Shown: one piece after another, positions 28,373-37,492 of the stretch
How the letters are laid out: every line of letters begins with the position of its first letter
Numbering within the stretch: the first letter of the stretch is position 1
DNA from: a phage
Assembly: GCA_024683775.1 (NCBI GenBank)
Contig: GCA_024683775.1_4106.1
DNA: 64,000 bases
Direction: 5' to 3' (one strand)
Position numbers and translations under genes: made by a program
Notes under the pieces: model-generated
Databases searched by the model: none
Told to the model about the DNA's origin: nothing
Seen by the model: the letters and a program-made list of their open reading frames with translations, nothing else

Positions 28373-28497
28373 TTCAACATATAGACAGGGGAAGCTCCGC
28401 AGGGAAAGCATTGGACAGGCTTTAACAATTAGAAGAATTGTTAAAATTCAGCCTGGACAAATGCGATCACTAGGATTCTCCCCAGGCTAAACCCCGT

Positions 28498-28570
28498 AAT
28501 CATATGTAGTCATAAGTAATCATATATAAACATTTAAGTAATCATTTATAATCACTACTGTGATTAGTAT
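28498..28570. repeat. iteron-like short direct repeats (GTAATCAT units)
   Basis: AAGTAATCAT repeated at least 3 times within ~60 bp, in a region with no ORFs. Confidence 0.4.
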
Positions 28571-29399
28571 TGAGTACTAGAGTGTAATAGAGTACAGGAA
28601 TGTGCTCGTTTAATCAAGAACGTAGCAGTACTGCCCCAAAAGTATTCAGTACTGAAGGTGTCGATATGCCACTAAGTAGGCAGAGGAAGTCTGCCGTACT
28701 TTGTAGTTTCCAAGCTCCTTTTCCATTTTGCAAATTACATCAAATGTAATCAAAAGTAATCACGCAATGATTAGTACTGAATTATTACTTTCACCTTAAT
28801 TTCAATTACCCTTTTACCCTTCGGGGTAAAATTCAATTACCCCTTGAGGCTCCAGCAAAAAGTTGGTTAGTACTCCATCCTAAATCTCGATCCTAAAAAT
28901 TTTGGAGTACCTATGAAATAAAAGTTGGATCTTCGAAAGTTGAAATTTACGTTGGGACGTTTATGATTTGTGGGATATAATGATGTTTGTAGTCGGGTAG
29001 TTCTCAAGAATATCAGTACTGAATGGTGAAAGAAAGTTATTGACATTATGATTCAGTACTGTATAATGTTCTACATAGGGTGATGAGTTGCTGCGAACAA
29101 TTCATTTACTCTACCTCCTGTCGTGAGACAGTACAGAAAAGATAGTTCCTCCTGTGGTGGTACATCTTTTTGAACCTCATATGAAAATCGTAATAACAGT
29201 ACTGATATTAACAGAATGGTATCAGTACTGATTTTAATCTAAAGCATTATGCCACCAGCACAAGCTGGTGGATTCCCTCTAACAGTATTCAGTACTACAT
29301 GATAGTCTTCATCCTCCTAGGGTAACATAGTGAGGGCTATGATGGCAGTACTGAATACTCCCTTTCAAAAGATAGATCTATGGTATAGTACTGACGGAT

Positions 29400-29590
29400 T
29401 TTGGGTGTAGTTACCCTGGATGGATTTTGGGCGTAGATATGTCTAGCCCTCCAGAAGTCTGGAAGTAAAGATGGCTATCCATCTAGACGGCTAAACGGCT
29501 AGATTTCTGGATGGCTGGATGGCTAGACGTTTGGACGGCTAAACTGCTAGATGGTTACACGTCTGGAAGTATAGACGGCTAAATCAAAAT
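29400..29590. repeat. cluster of short direct repeats (GGATTTTGGG[TC]GTAG; ACGGCTAAA; GGCTAGA; TCTGGAAGTA)
   Basis: Multiple 7-15 bp units repeated 2-4 times each; non-coding context. Confidence 0.5.
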
Positions 29591-30201
29591 TTTATTTTGT
29601 TTTTTCCAATAGTTCCCCTACCGCGTGGGGATAGTTTCCCCGCAGTATCTGGCGTTAGATTTTTCTGAATCTGGAATCATTATCTTATAAACTGGGGGCA
29701 ATGTCAACGACCTGGACGGATATTTTTAAAAATTTTTTCAGTACTGAATTTTGGGCGTAACTATGCACCCGGTGGGCTTGAGTCTTTCTCGACTTGATGG
29801 AACTATTATACAGTACTGAAAAAATAAAGCAATACCCTGGAAGCAAAAAAGTTTTAATTAATTTGCTTGCTATCCTGGGCCGGACTATGGTACTATATTT
29901 CAGTACTGAGAAAGTGCGTTTACCTGCTAGGGTGCGGGAGTGTATCCTTTTTTTATATCTTGAATTTTGGGCGGATCTTCCCACCCCCTGGGGTATCCGC
30001 TTTCTCGCGTCTATGTAGTAATTATACGCTTTTTCAGGATCAAGTCAATACCTAAAAACAAAATAATTGAAAATAATTTAACGCGTTTAAACGGCCTGTA
30101 AAGCCCTGGAATGATTGGAATGGTGCAAATGTATAGCTTATGTGTATTAATGCGTTAGAATGCGTCTGAGGCCGTTTTACGGGGTATAGGGATGATTTAG
30201 T

Positions 30202-30355
30202 GGATTGATTCAGTACTGAATAATAGTACTCCTATATAGAAAGATAGTTCCCCTGGATTGATTCAGTACTGAATAATAGTACTCCTATATAGAAAGATAG
30301 TTCCCCTGGATTGATTCAGTACTGAATAATAGTTCCCCTATATAGAAAGAAAACT
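30202..30355. repeat. three tandem direct repeats of 53 bp
   Basis: Unit GGATTGATTCAGTACTGAATAATAGTACTCCTATATAGAAAGATAGTTCCCCT at 30202, 30255 and (degenerate) 30308. Confidence 0.8.
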
Positions 30356-30381
30356 ATTTTAAAAGTATTTGTAGAAAGTAC

Positions 30382-30409
30382 TTGCACCGTACTGATAAAA
30401 GCGTATAAT
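30382..30409 (+). promoter_or_regulatory. early promoter (conserved type)
   Basis: AGTACTTGCAC -35-like (TTGCAC 30382-87), 16-bp spacer, TATAAT 30404-09, then GTTTTACATC start region. Confidence 0.65.
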
Positions 30410-30423
30410 GTTTTACATCGAGA

Positions 30424-30440
30424 GCGGGAACACTTCCCGC
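30424..30440 (+). promoter_or_regulatory. conserved GC-rich 5'UTR stem-loop
   Basis: GCGGGA-ACACT-TCCCGC immediately downstream of promoter start region and upstream of SD/ATG 30465. Confidence 0.6.
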
Positions 30441-30464
30441 TACACATTACGAGAGATTAAAACG

Positions 30465-30827
30465 ATGGCGACTCAAATCAATAAAATTATTGCTAACCTG
30501 GTTAACTTCCGCGACGAGATGAAAGATCTTCCGGCGGCAACGGTTAAAACTCACATTGACGCATACCGCGAACTGATTAAAATGCTGCCGCTTAAGCGTG
30601 AACAATACGCCGCTACCGTGATGCTTGATGCGATGATCCATAAGATGATCTCAAATGATTTGACGATGGTTTATCAGTATATGGGTGAAAATTTCGCGGT
30701 GTGCAGTAAGCCAGTACCAGGGATGGCAACAACTGAGGAATTGCACGGCTTAAACTTAAAACAAGATGCATGGGATAATATGCCTCGTTTCCTGGTATGG
30801 GCTGACAGTGGCAAAATTTACAAATAA
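30465..30827 (+). CDS. hypothetical early protein (120 aa)
   Basis: Start at ATG 30465; the tracked N-terminal extension MFYIESG... is translation of the promoter -10/hairpin. Confidence 0.7.
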   Translation: MATQINKIIANLVNFRDEMKDLPAATVKTHIDAYRELIKMLPLKREQYAATVMLDAMIHKMISNDLTMVYQYMGENFAVCSKPVPGMATTEELHGLNLKQDAWDNMPRFLVWADSGKIYK

Positions 30828-30841
30828 GTTTAATAAAGTAC

Positions 30842-30869
30842 TTGCAAACTATGTTTAATGGCGTATAAT
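30842..30869 (+). promoter_or_regulatory. early promoter (conserved type)
   Basis: TTGCAA 30842-47, 16-bp spacer, TATAAT 30864-69, GTTTTACATC, then stem-loop GGGGAATAGTTCCCC. Confidence 0.65.
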
Positions 30870-30919
30870 GTTTTACATCAGGTGGGGAATAGTTCCCCAC
30901 TATATAAGAGGATTAAAAA

Positions 30920-31159
30920 ATGGCTAAATCAAAAAAGTTCTTAGGTCACAAAAACAAAACTCATTGGAATGTAAGCCTTTGGATTAATAACGATGAGGGA
31001 TTGTATCGGTTGGCCCTGGATTTTATTAACGACAACACTAATCGCAATGATGCGGCCCGTCATATGATGTTATTTTTAGAACAGACTGGACAAGATAAAA
31101 CACCGGACGGATTCAAATATAGCACTACTGCGATCCGTGCGGCAATGGTTGGAATGTAA
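30920..31159 (+). CDS. hypothetical early protein (79 aa); paralog of 32960
   Basis: SD AGAGGA; shares GHKNKTHWNVSLWINN and PDGFKYSTTAIRAAMVGM with 32960 ORF. Confidence 0.7.
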   Translation: MAKSKKFLGHKNKTHWNVSLWINNDEGLYRLALDFINDNTNRNDAARHMMLFLEQTGQDKTPDGFKYSTTAIRAAMVGM

Positions 31160-31244
31160 TAGAATTTATTTAAAGTACTATCATTTTTTGCGATAGTACT
31201 TTATAATAGTGTTTTATTCATACACCAACGATAAGGGCAACAGC

Positions 31245-31511
31245 ATGAATATTAAGTATTTTGCGACGCGTGAACAAGCTCGGATCGCCGCACGCCAGGA
31301 CGGGGCAACGTTTAAAGATATGGGCGTACAATCGGAACGTGGTAAACGTTGGGCCATTGTAAAGCGTAGTACCGCCAGATCATTACAGTACTGGTTAGCG
31401 GCCTTAAAAAGTCCCGATAGTGTATCGCGTCGAGTGGTAGAAATAAAGCTCGACCGAAAGGGCAACCGCGTGACCGTGTACCGTACTAAAAAGATTGCAG
31501 TACTTGAATAA
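31245..31511 (+). CDS. hypothetical early protein (88 aa); paralog of 43401
   Basis: Start at ATG 31245 with AAGGG SD; shares FATREQARI..GETFKDMG..RKGNRVTVY with 43401 ORF. Confidence 0.7.
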   Translation: MNIKYFATREQARIAARQDGATFKDMGVQSERGKRWAIVKRSTARSLQYWLAALKSPDSVSRRVVEIKLDRKGNRVTVYRTKKIAVLE

Positions 31512-31598
31512 AAAGTACTTGCTAACTATGTTTAAAGGCGTATAATGTTTTACATCGAGAGCGGGAACTCTTCCCGCCTATAACCTGGAGTAATAAAA

Positions 31599-31829
31599 AT
31601 GACTAATATGTATATGACTGAAGTTAAAACCGTAAAAGATACTACCACGAATAAAACTACTTACTTACAGCGGATCTGTGGTGTATGGCAACGTATCAGC
31701 AAATCAAAGTACTTTAAATTAACATCATATGCAAATCGTTCGGATTCATTCAGTACTGAAATAAAAGGTAATAAAGTACACCAATACGGCACTTATTATT
31801 ATTACAGCCTGGACGCGATTGCAGTATAA
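31599..31829 (+). CDS. hypothetical early protein (76 aa)
   Basis: Promoter + stem-loop GCGGGAACTCTTCCCGC upstream; SD GGAG. Confidence 0.65.
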   Translation: MTNMYMTEVKTVKDTTTNKTTYLQRICGVWQRISKSKYFKLTSYANRSDSFSTEIKGNKVHQYGTYYYYSLDAIAV

Positions 31830-32257
31830 GCAGTTTACAAATCTTTACAATTGCCGGTATTGACTTATTTTGTCAGTACTGGCATAATGTATTCATTGGC
31901 AGATAAGCCGTAGCCCATAGGGTGCGGGAGTGTATCTATAGAAAAATTAGTTTAGTATAGTTACAATTGTGCACCCGGTGGGTTAGCTGTTGTCATGGGG
32001 TATATTATGCCAGTACTTGATAATGCTGTCAATACTTTTTTTTTACTATTCAGTACTGAAAACTATTTTTAAAAAGTACTTGTAAACTATGTTTAAAGGC
32101 GTATAATGTTTTACATCAGGACGGGGAACGAAATAAGTAACTTCCCGTTAAGTAGCCCAGGAGTAAGGCACACGAAAAACTCCCCTGATAAAATAGTTTG
32201 ACAATAGAAAGTAAAAGCGTATAATACTTACATCAACTACTGAATGAGGGTTACAAA

Positions 32258-32869
32258 ATGAAAACTATCACTACTACTACTTTTGTTATGGCTTTTTCTG
32301 AACTGAACGCAGAACAAAAAACGGCGGCTATCGAACTGGTTCGGGATCGTGAGCGTTCATGTGAGGATAATTTCTTTGCTGAGGGCGTTATCGAGTACTA
32401 TAAAGAAACAGTACTACCAGAATACGGCATAGATGAAGCTGAATTGCAATACAGTGGTTTTTGGTCGCAAGGTGACGGTGCATCAATCAGTACTGACCAC
32501 GTTGACGCAGTGAAGTTTTTACGCAAGGTAAGAGCATTAACTAAGTATCGCTCAATCCGTCACTTGCTGAATGAAGATGATTTGGCGATGAGTGTAGAAC
32601 GTTCACACTCTCGCTACGCACACGAAAACACGGTAAGCGGGTACATTGAATCGGCTTACACTGATTTAACCGCAAAACAAGAAACGTTAGTTAATGAGCT
32701 TGAGGAACTACTCACTGAAACTATTCGTGAATTGTCCCGCAAGTTGTACCGTGATTTAGAGAATGCATATGAGGATCAATTCACTACTGAAAACATTACG
32801 GCACTGATTGAGGGTAACGAATATCAATTCAATGTTATTGATGGCGTAGTGGAATCAATCGAATATTAA
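32258..32869 (+). CDS. hypothetical acidic early protein (203 aa)
   Basis: ORF with two upstream promoter-like boxes (32075-32110 and 32195-32230); SD GAGGG. Confidence 0.7.
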   Translation: MKTITTTTFVMAFSELNAEQKTAAIELVRDRERSCEDNFFAEGVIEYYKETVLPEYGIDEAELQYSGFWSQGDGASISTDHVDAVKFLRKVRALTKYRSIRHLLNEDDLAMSVERSHSRYAHENTVSGYIESAYTDLTAKQETLVNELEELLTETIRELSRKLYRDLENAYEDQFTTENITALIEGNEYQFNVIDGVVESIEY

Positions 32870-32881
32870 TTTAAAAAGTAC

Positions 32882-32909
32882 TTGCAAACTAAGTTTAAAA
32901 GCGTATAAT
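32882..32909 (+). promoter_or_regulatory. early promoter (conserved type)
   Basis: TTGCAA 32882-87, spacer, TATAAT 32904-09; stem-loop GCGGGGAATGGTTCCCCGC 32923-41. Confidence 0.65.
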
Positions 32910-32959
32910 ACTTTATATCGAGGCGGGGAATGGTTCCCCGCTCAAACGAGGATTTAAAA

Positions 32960-33199
32960 ATGGCTAGTACTAAAACTTACAACGGACACAAAAACAAAAC
33001 TCATTGGAATGTAAGCCTTTGGATTAATAACGGTGAGTCATTGTATCGGCTTGCACAAAGTTGCATCGCACAAAGTAGAACTAAAGATATTGCTGCGGAA
33101 TGTATGTACCGCAGATTAAAAGCCAACGGTACTACTACAACGCCGGACGGCTTTAAGTATAGCACTACTGCGATCCGTGCTGCAATGGTTGGAATGTAA
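32960..33199 (+). CDS. hypothetical early protein (79 aa); paralog of 30920
   Basis: Start at ATG 32960; conserved C-terminus identical to 30920 ORF. Confidence 0.7.
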   Translation: MASTKTYNGHKNKTHWNVSLWINNGESLYRLAQSCIAQSRTKDIAAECMYRRLKANGTTTTPDGFKYSTTAIRAAMVGM

Positions 33200-33256
33200 T
33201 ATTCAGTACTGAGATAATGGCGGGTAATAGTTCCCGCCTTTACTGAGGGTTATCTA

Positions 33257-33517
33257 ATGAGTAAAGTAATTAGCTATACAGCACTAAGCAAGACATTATC
33301 TATTAGCCAGTGCACCGATGGTTATTGGCTATTTGATGAAACGCGTGGCATGAATTTAGCCATGCGTGCAAAAACTGCTGAGGCGGCGTATCTTGAAGCA
33401 TTGGAATACTACCAGGAACGTTTAAAGGAAGTAGAAGAAGATTATAAAAGCCTCAAAGCGAAAGTAGATCATTTCGTCGGTCAATTCATCGAGGAAGACG
33501 ACGACAAACAATATTGA
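33257..33517 (+). CDS. hypothetical early protein (86 aa)
   Basis: ORF preceded by stem-loop GGCGGGTAATAGTTCCCGCC 33219-38 and SD GAGGG. Confidence 0.65.
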   Translation: MSKVISYTALSKTLSISQCTDGYWLFDETRGMNLAMRAKTAEAAYLEALEYYQERLKEVEEDYKSLKAKVDHFVGQFIEEDDDKQY

Positions 33518-33603
33518 AAAAGTACTTGCAATTAGTTTTCAGTACTGTATAATGGTTTACATCAAAGGGAGAAATGGTTCTCCCTGGTAATGAGGAAAAT
33601 AAA

Positions 33604-33825
33604 ATGGCTAATATCACTACTCTTTCCCAACTGGAAGCACTGGTTAAATCTATGCGGGAACATGCCGACAAAATCGGCGTACAAGATCCAGCCGTTTGCT
33701 TCTGCGACGAATTGAATGATGATACCCTGGTAATAGCAGAAGTCCAGGACGTTTCTAACTATTCCTCGCGTTACACTGGCGGCGTAGCAAATAAAGGCGA
33801 CTTCTGTTTATACCTTACAAAATAA
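33604..33825 (+). CDS. hypothetical early protein (73 aa)
   Basis: Start at ATG 33604 after promoter and stem-loop GGGAGAAATGGTTCTCCC; SD GAGGAAAA. Confidence 0.65.
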   Translation: MANITTLSQLEALVKSMREHADKIGVQDPAVCFCDELNDDTLVIAEVQDVSNYSSRYTGGVANKGDFCLYLTK

Positions 33826-33828
33826 CAA

Positions 33829-33860
33829 CGCGGGGAGATAATAACTCCCCGTTACTTTTT
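33829..33860 (+). terminator. rho-independent terminator
   Basis: CGGGGAG-ATAATAA-CTCCCCG stem-loop followed by TTACTTTTT. Confidence 0.6.
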
Positions 33861-34068
33861 CAGTACTGAATCATTTAATAGACGGATCTCGGCACCCGGT
33901 GGGTTAGTGACTGTTTCGTCTTGATGTAGTAATTATGCCAGTACTGGATGCACTTGTCAACAACTATTTTTCAAATACTTTTTATTAAAATACTTGCAAT
34001 TAGTTTTTAAACGCGTATAATGTTTTGCATAGGGGGAGCGGTTCCCCTGGTAACTAAGGAATAATAAA

Positions 34069-34305
34069 ATGCTTGAACAAATCAAATCAACGTCTGCGAA
34101 TGTAACGGGAACGGTAGTACACTTTACTAGTGATGAATCGCGGGGTGTACCCTATTGTGCTGTACATGTAAACACTGAGGGTAACTACTGGTTTACGGTT
34201 TACGGATCATATTCATTTGGACGACCAGGGCATCAAAAAATTCTGGATAAAGTACAGCCAACGGGTAAAAATATCACTGCTGAAATGTTTTATAAAAAAT
34301 CATAA
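34069..34305 (+). CDS. hypothetical early protein (78 aa)
   Basis: Promoter + stem-loop GGGGGAGCGGTTCCCC upstream; SD AAGGAA. Confidence 0.65.
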   Translation: MLEQIKSTSANVTGTVVHFTSDESRGVPYCAVHVNTEGNYWFTVYGSYSFGRPGHQKILDKVQPTGKNITAEMFYKKS

Positions 34306-34389
34306 AGTACTTGATAATAGTTTTTAGTACTGTATAATATTTTACATCGCAAGGGGGAGCGGTTCCCCCTGGTAACTAAGGATAATCAA

Positions 34390-34689
34390 ATGAAAATTAC
34401 AATCATCGCCCTGGCTTTATCTGTTTCCTCTTTCGCTGTTAATGCGTCATTAGATGTAAGTAGTGAAAAATTCATTCAGTGCACTGTTGCAATGACCGAT
34501 GAAAGTACTGGCGAGATTGTATTAAAGGATCTGGAGATTCAGCCGGAAGCATTTAAAAACGGCCCGTTCCATGAAGAAGACGAAAACGGTAGCACGACAA
34601 TTTATTATGATGCCAGTACTAAACGCGGTTCGGTCACTGTAATGGATACCGAGAAAGTAACTCATACCGGCGTTATTAATTGCCGTTGA
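34390..34689 (+). CDS. small secreted/periplasmic protein (99 aa) with N-terminal signal peptide
   Basis: N-term MKITIIALALSVSSFAVNASL: basic residue, hydrophobic core, A-x-A-like cleavage site (VNA-S); promoter + stem-loop upstream. Confidence 0.65.
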   Translation: MKITIIALALSVSSFAVNASLDVSSEKFIQCTVAMTDESTGEIVLKDLEIQPEAFKNGPFHEEDENGSTTIYYDASTKRGSVTVMDTEKVTHTGVINCR

Positions 34690-34710
34690 TAGATACTACG
34701 GGGTAACATC

Positions 34711-34941
34711 ATGACTAAGCGAATTGTTTTACTTAACGAAAGCAGTACTACACAACTACTTAACGCCGTGCATTATGATATTGAAACGAGCGTTAATCTT
34801 ATCAGTACTGTCGTACTGTTGGACACTGGAAAGGTCGCCAATGATAAAGCGATTGCAGGTATACTAACGGATCTTGAGCCTGGTAGCAGTGCACCAATAA
34901 CGTTAAATGGTAAAGTGTTTAATATTTTACTCACTGATTAA
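34711..34941 (+). CDS. hypothetical early protein (76 aa)
   Basis: ORF with SD; followed by terminator. Confidence 0.6.
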   Translation: MTKRIVLLNESSTTQLLNAVHYDIETSVNLISTVVLLDTGKVANDKAIAGILTDLEPGSSAPITLNGKVFNILLTD

Positions 34942-34947
34942 GTACAT

Positions 34948-34976
34948 AGCCCACCTGGTGGGCTTTTTTGTTTTTG
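34948..34976 (+). terminator. rho-independent terminator
   Basis: AGCCCACC-TGGTGGGCT palindrome followed by TTTTTTGTTTTTG. Confidence 0.75.
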
Positions 34977-35174
34977 TAGTATCGTAGTACTGAGATACTT
35001 TGAAAATAGTTTTAAGAAAGTAGTTGACATTACCGCAGAAAAGCGTAGAATGTATTACATCAAGACGGGGAGCACTAAGTAGACCGCCAGTAAGTCGAAC
35101 GAAAAACTGGACACGTCGAGAAAACTTTGATACACTAATAAACGTAAACTAAACTTTAATTGAGGATTTATAAA

Positions 35175-35657
35175 ATGGCTAATGTAAAATCATTCATCAA
35201 AGCACTGGTAGCAAATGAAACTAACGTCGCGGCTGAGATCCTGGCTGAACTGGATAACGATACCATGAAAGCGGTACGCAATAATTTTAACATCGCGTAC
35301 AGTACTGCGAAAGAACTACAAGCAAATAAAGCGGCAGAAATTGAAGCGGCAAAGGCGGCCCGTGAAGCAGAACTACAAGCAACAATCGAAAGTATTCAGG
35401 CGGCAGTAGTTGGATTGGATCTGGAAGTAGTTACAGAGATGGCACAAAAAGCCCTGGCGGTTAAGTATGGGGAAGACAAGCCAGAAGTAAAAGCCAAAAA
35501 ATGGATTCAGGAACGCGTAGCGGTAGTACTGGACAACGGGGAAGAATATCTGATTCCGGTGCGTGGTAACTGCATTGCGGTAGTACTGGATGCGATTAAC
35601 TCCAGTGGTATGACTCGCGAGGAATGGATCAAAGCTCATCGCAAAGTTGAAGCATAA
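35175..35657 (+). CDS. hypothetical early protein (160 aa), alanine/glutamate-rich, predicted helical
   Basis: Start at ATG 35175 with SD GAGGA; followed by terminator. Confidence 0.7.
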   Translation: MANVKSFIKALVANETNVAAEILAELDNDTMKAVRNNFNIAYSTAKELQANKAAEIEAAKAAREAELQATIESIQAAVVGLDLEVVTEMAQKALAVKYGEDKPEVKAKKWIQERVAVVLDNGEEYLIPVRGNCIAVVLDAINSSGMTREEWIKAHRKVEA

Positions 35658-35678
35658 CAATTAAAGTACTGAATCACT

Positions 35679-35710
35679 AGCCCACTGTATAAGTGGGCTT
35701 TTTTGTGTTT
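35679..35710 (+). terminator. rho-independent terminator
   Basis: AGCCCAC-TGTATAA-GTGGGCT stem-loop followed by TTTTTTGTGTTT. Confidence 0.75.
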
Positions 35711-35941
35711 ATCGTTTACCATGCCACCAGCACCGCCTAGAAACGATTCTAACGCATTAAACTGATTATCTGATGCATTGCCCTAGCTGGTGGCGTTAAG
35801 GCTGTAAGAACGCGATTGAGAGCGTTTAAAGTATTTTGCAAAAAGTAATAAAAAGTACTTGCACGATTAAGAGATTAGCGTATAATGTTTTACATCGAGA
35901 GGGGGAAACGGTTCTCCTTCCAAATCAAAGGAATTAAAACA

Positions 35942-36169
35942 ATGGCTATCGTAATCACTCGCGTAACTGGTACTACTGGCAATTCTTCTACTGTTGCTGT
36001 AATTACTAATAAGAAAGGTGCGGAATTGCATTTTGCAATGGATAAATGGGCCGTTAATGAGTTCGGTCAGTGGGCAAGTGTAGCATACATTGAAACCTAT
36101 CAAGTGCCGTCGATTAGTTTAACTGATTTGGGCGTTGAGCGTATCCTTTGCCTGGATGAATTAAATTAA
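35942..36169 (+). CDS. hypothetical early protein (75 aa)
   Basis: Start at ATG 35942 after promoter + stem-loop; tracked extension MFYIERGK is promoter-derived. Confidence 0.65.
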   Translation: MAIVITRVTGTTGNSSTVAVITNKKGAELHFAMDKWAVNEFGQWASVAYIETYQVPSISLTDLGVERILCLDELN

Positions 36170-36255
36170 AAAAGTACTTGCAAAGTAAATCAGATAAAGT
36201 ATAATACATTACATCAAGGGGAGAAATGGTTCTCCCTGATAATGAGGAAACTAAT

Positions 36256-36399
36256 ATGAAAACTTGTCAATGTGGTAAAAAATCTATTACTGGTTTAAAG
36301 CGGGGCGTTGCACTTTGCCAGTACCATTATAATTTACAAGTATGGGGTAAAGAATGGGCCGACCAGGTGGAAGCAGCAAAGAAAGCAAAAAGTAAGTAA
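36256..36399 (+). CDS. small cysteine-containing protein (47 aa)
   Basis: ORF below track cutoff found by reading; preceded by promoter, stem-loop GGGAGAAATGGTTCTCCC and SD GAGGAAA. Confidence 0.5.
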   Translation: MKTCQCGKKSITGLKRGVALCQYHYNLQVWGKEWADQVEAAKKAKSK

Positions 36400-36417
36400 A
36401 ATATTATCACAGTACTA

Positions 36418-36446
36418 TTGACATAGTTTGATAGTACTGGCATAAT
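36418..36446 (+). promoter_or_regulatory. sigma70 consensus-like promoter
   Basis: TTGACA 36418-23, 17-bp spacer, CATAAT 36441-46. Confidence 0.65.
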
Positions 36447-36489
36447 AGATTTTATCAAGACGACACATATTAATTTAAGGAATACTAAA

Positions 36490-36813
36490 ATGGCTAAAAC
36501 TATCATTAACACCGTTTCCCTGGCTGCAATCCGTGCAATCAATGTTGACGGTAAACGTTGGACTGATTCATATGGCAATACTTATCATTCTTGTCATGTA
36601 AGCGTTGAACTGGATAACGGTTTGAATGATCTGGCGGTTGAATCATTTACTTATGGCTATGAAGATGCATATCAACAAACGGCGTTAGATCTCTTAAAGG
36701 AATCAGTAGACGGGCTTAATACTGATGACACCTCCCTTACTCGTTTGTGCAATGATCTTAATATCCCGTTGCATTGTACTGTACAGAATGTTAAACGCAA
36801 AAAAGATCTTTAA
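36490..36813 (+). CDS. hypothetical early protein (107 aa); paralog of 42978
   Basis: Shares RWTDS.GNTYHSC.VS...FTYGY and C-terminal VKRKKD with 42978 ORF; SD AAGGAA. Confidence 0.7.
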   Translation: MAKTIINTVSLAAIRAINVDGKRWTDSYGNTYHSCHVSVELDNGLNDLAVESFTYGYEDAYQQTALDLLKESVDGLNTDDTSLTRLCNDLNIPLHCTVQNVKRKKDL

Positions 36814-36893
36814 TTAGCTTTACTTTATGCAGATACTTTGATATAGTGTCTGCATAGGGGAAAGAAATTAAATTAACTTAAGAGGAACGTATA

Positions 36894-37163
36894 ATGAAAA
36901 ATATCAGTACTTTAATCGACGCAGGTACACATGTTCGGCGGTCTATGGTTGCAACCAGTACTACAAAACAAGTACCAAGCGGTTATCTTGTATTTGTGCA
37001 CGATGGTAAACTCCTGGAACGTTCAATCAATTTTGATGTTAAAAACAATTGCCGTTTTATTATCTTTAAGCGTGAGCAATATAAAATTGATTTACCAGCA
37101 AAGCCCATAAGCGGGGCGTACAACGTGCAATCATTGTTTGAACGTCAACCATACACCTATTAA
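36894..37163 (+). CDS. hypothetical early protein (89 aa)
   Basis: ORF with SD AGAGGAA. Confidence 0.6.
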   Translation: MKNISTLIDAGTHVRRSMVATSTTKQVPSGYLVFVHDGKLLERSINFDVKNNCRFIIFKREQYKIDLPAKPISGAYNVQSLFERQPYTY

Positions 37164-37214
37164 TCAAAACATCGTTAGCGGTCGATTTAGGCCGCTTATA
37201 TTGGGGATTATACC

Positions 37215-37487
37215 ATGAACGTTAATCAAGTACTGAATGAGATCGAAAGCATCATTAAACCGATGAAGCGTACTGATGCTATGTTAACACCGGAAGAATG
37301 CCGCCTTTATGAGCGTTACAGCGTCGAACAAGTCCAGGCGATGGCTATGGCTACCCCAGCCGTTAAACCGCCTGAGAATGCGTTACAGGACGTTACAGGG
37401 GATTATATCATCAATCCAGTACTAGGGAAGATGGCTGCAATCACCGAAGATCAACAAGACTACTTAAGCCAGTACTTAAAAGGTTAA
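37215..37487 (+). CDS. hypothetical early protein (90 aa)
   Basis: ORF with SD GGGGA. Confidence 0.6.
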   Translation: MNVNQVLNEIESIIKPMKRTDAMLTPEECRLYERYSVEQVQAMAMATPAVKPPENALQDVTGDYIINPVLGKMAAITEDQQDYLSQYLKG

Positions 37488-37492
37488 TTAAT

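Noticed and set aside
29685-30055. Three mutually overlapping ORFs (29685..29984 -, 29794..30018 +, 29867..30055 +) in the non-coding repeat region
   Set aside because: They overlap each other, lack SDs and run through repeat and hairpin elements. More likely non-coding.
30202-30355. Possible CRISPR array (direct repeats)
   Set aside because: Only three 53-bp units that abut directly with no unique spacers between them, and no cas genes. This is a simple tandem repeat.
28373-30400. tRNA genes in the 2-kb non-coding region
   Set aside because: Scanned by eye for the GGTTCGAATCC-type T-loop and acceptor/anticodon stem geometry and found nothing convincing. A tRNAscan run would be needed to be certain.
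30408-30464. N-terminal extensions MFYIE[SR]G.. on several early ORFs (30408, 35885, 45469, 46823 and similar)
   Set aside because: They begin at the ATG inside the promoter -10 / start region (TATAATGTTTTACATC) and run through the 5'UTR stem-loop. The properly spaced SD and downstream ATG define the real start.
30447-31465. Antisense ORFs within early genes (30447..30641 -, 30613..30900 -, 31214..31465 -, 33486..33671 -, 35373..36103 -, 36327..36578 -, 37861..38191 -, 40475..40768 -, 40846..41100 -, 42830..43157 -, 44301..44531 -, 45694..45915 -, 46808..47082 -, 48182..48433 -)
   Set aside because: All sense-strand genes here have promoters and SDs in the + orientation. The antisense ORFs span promoters and hairpins and have no start context.
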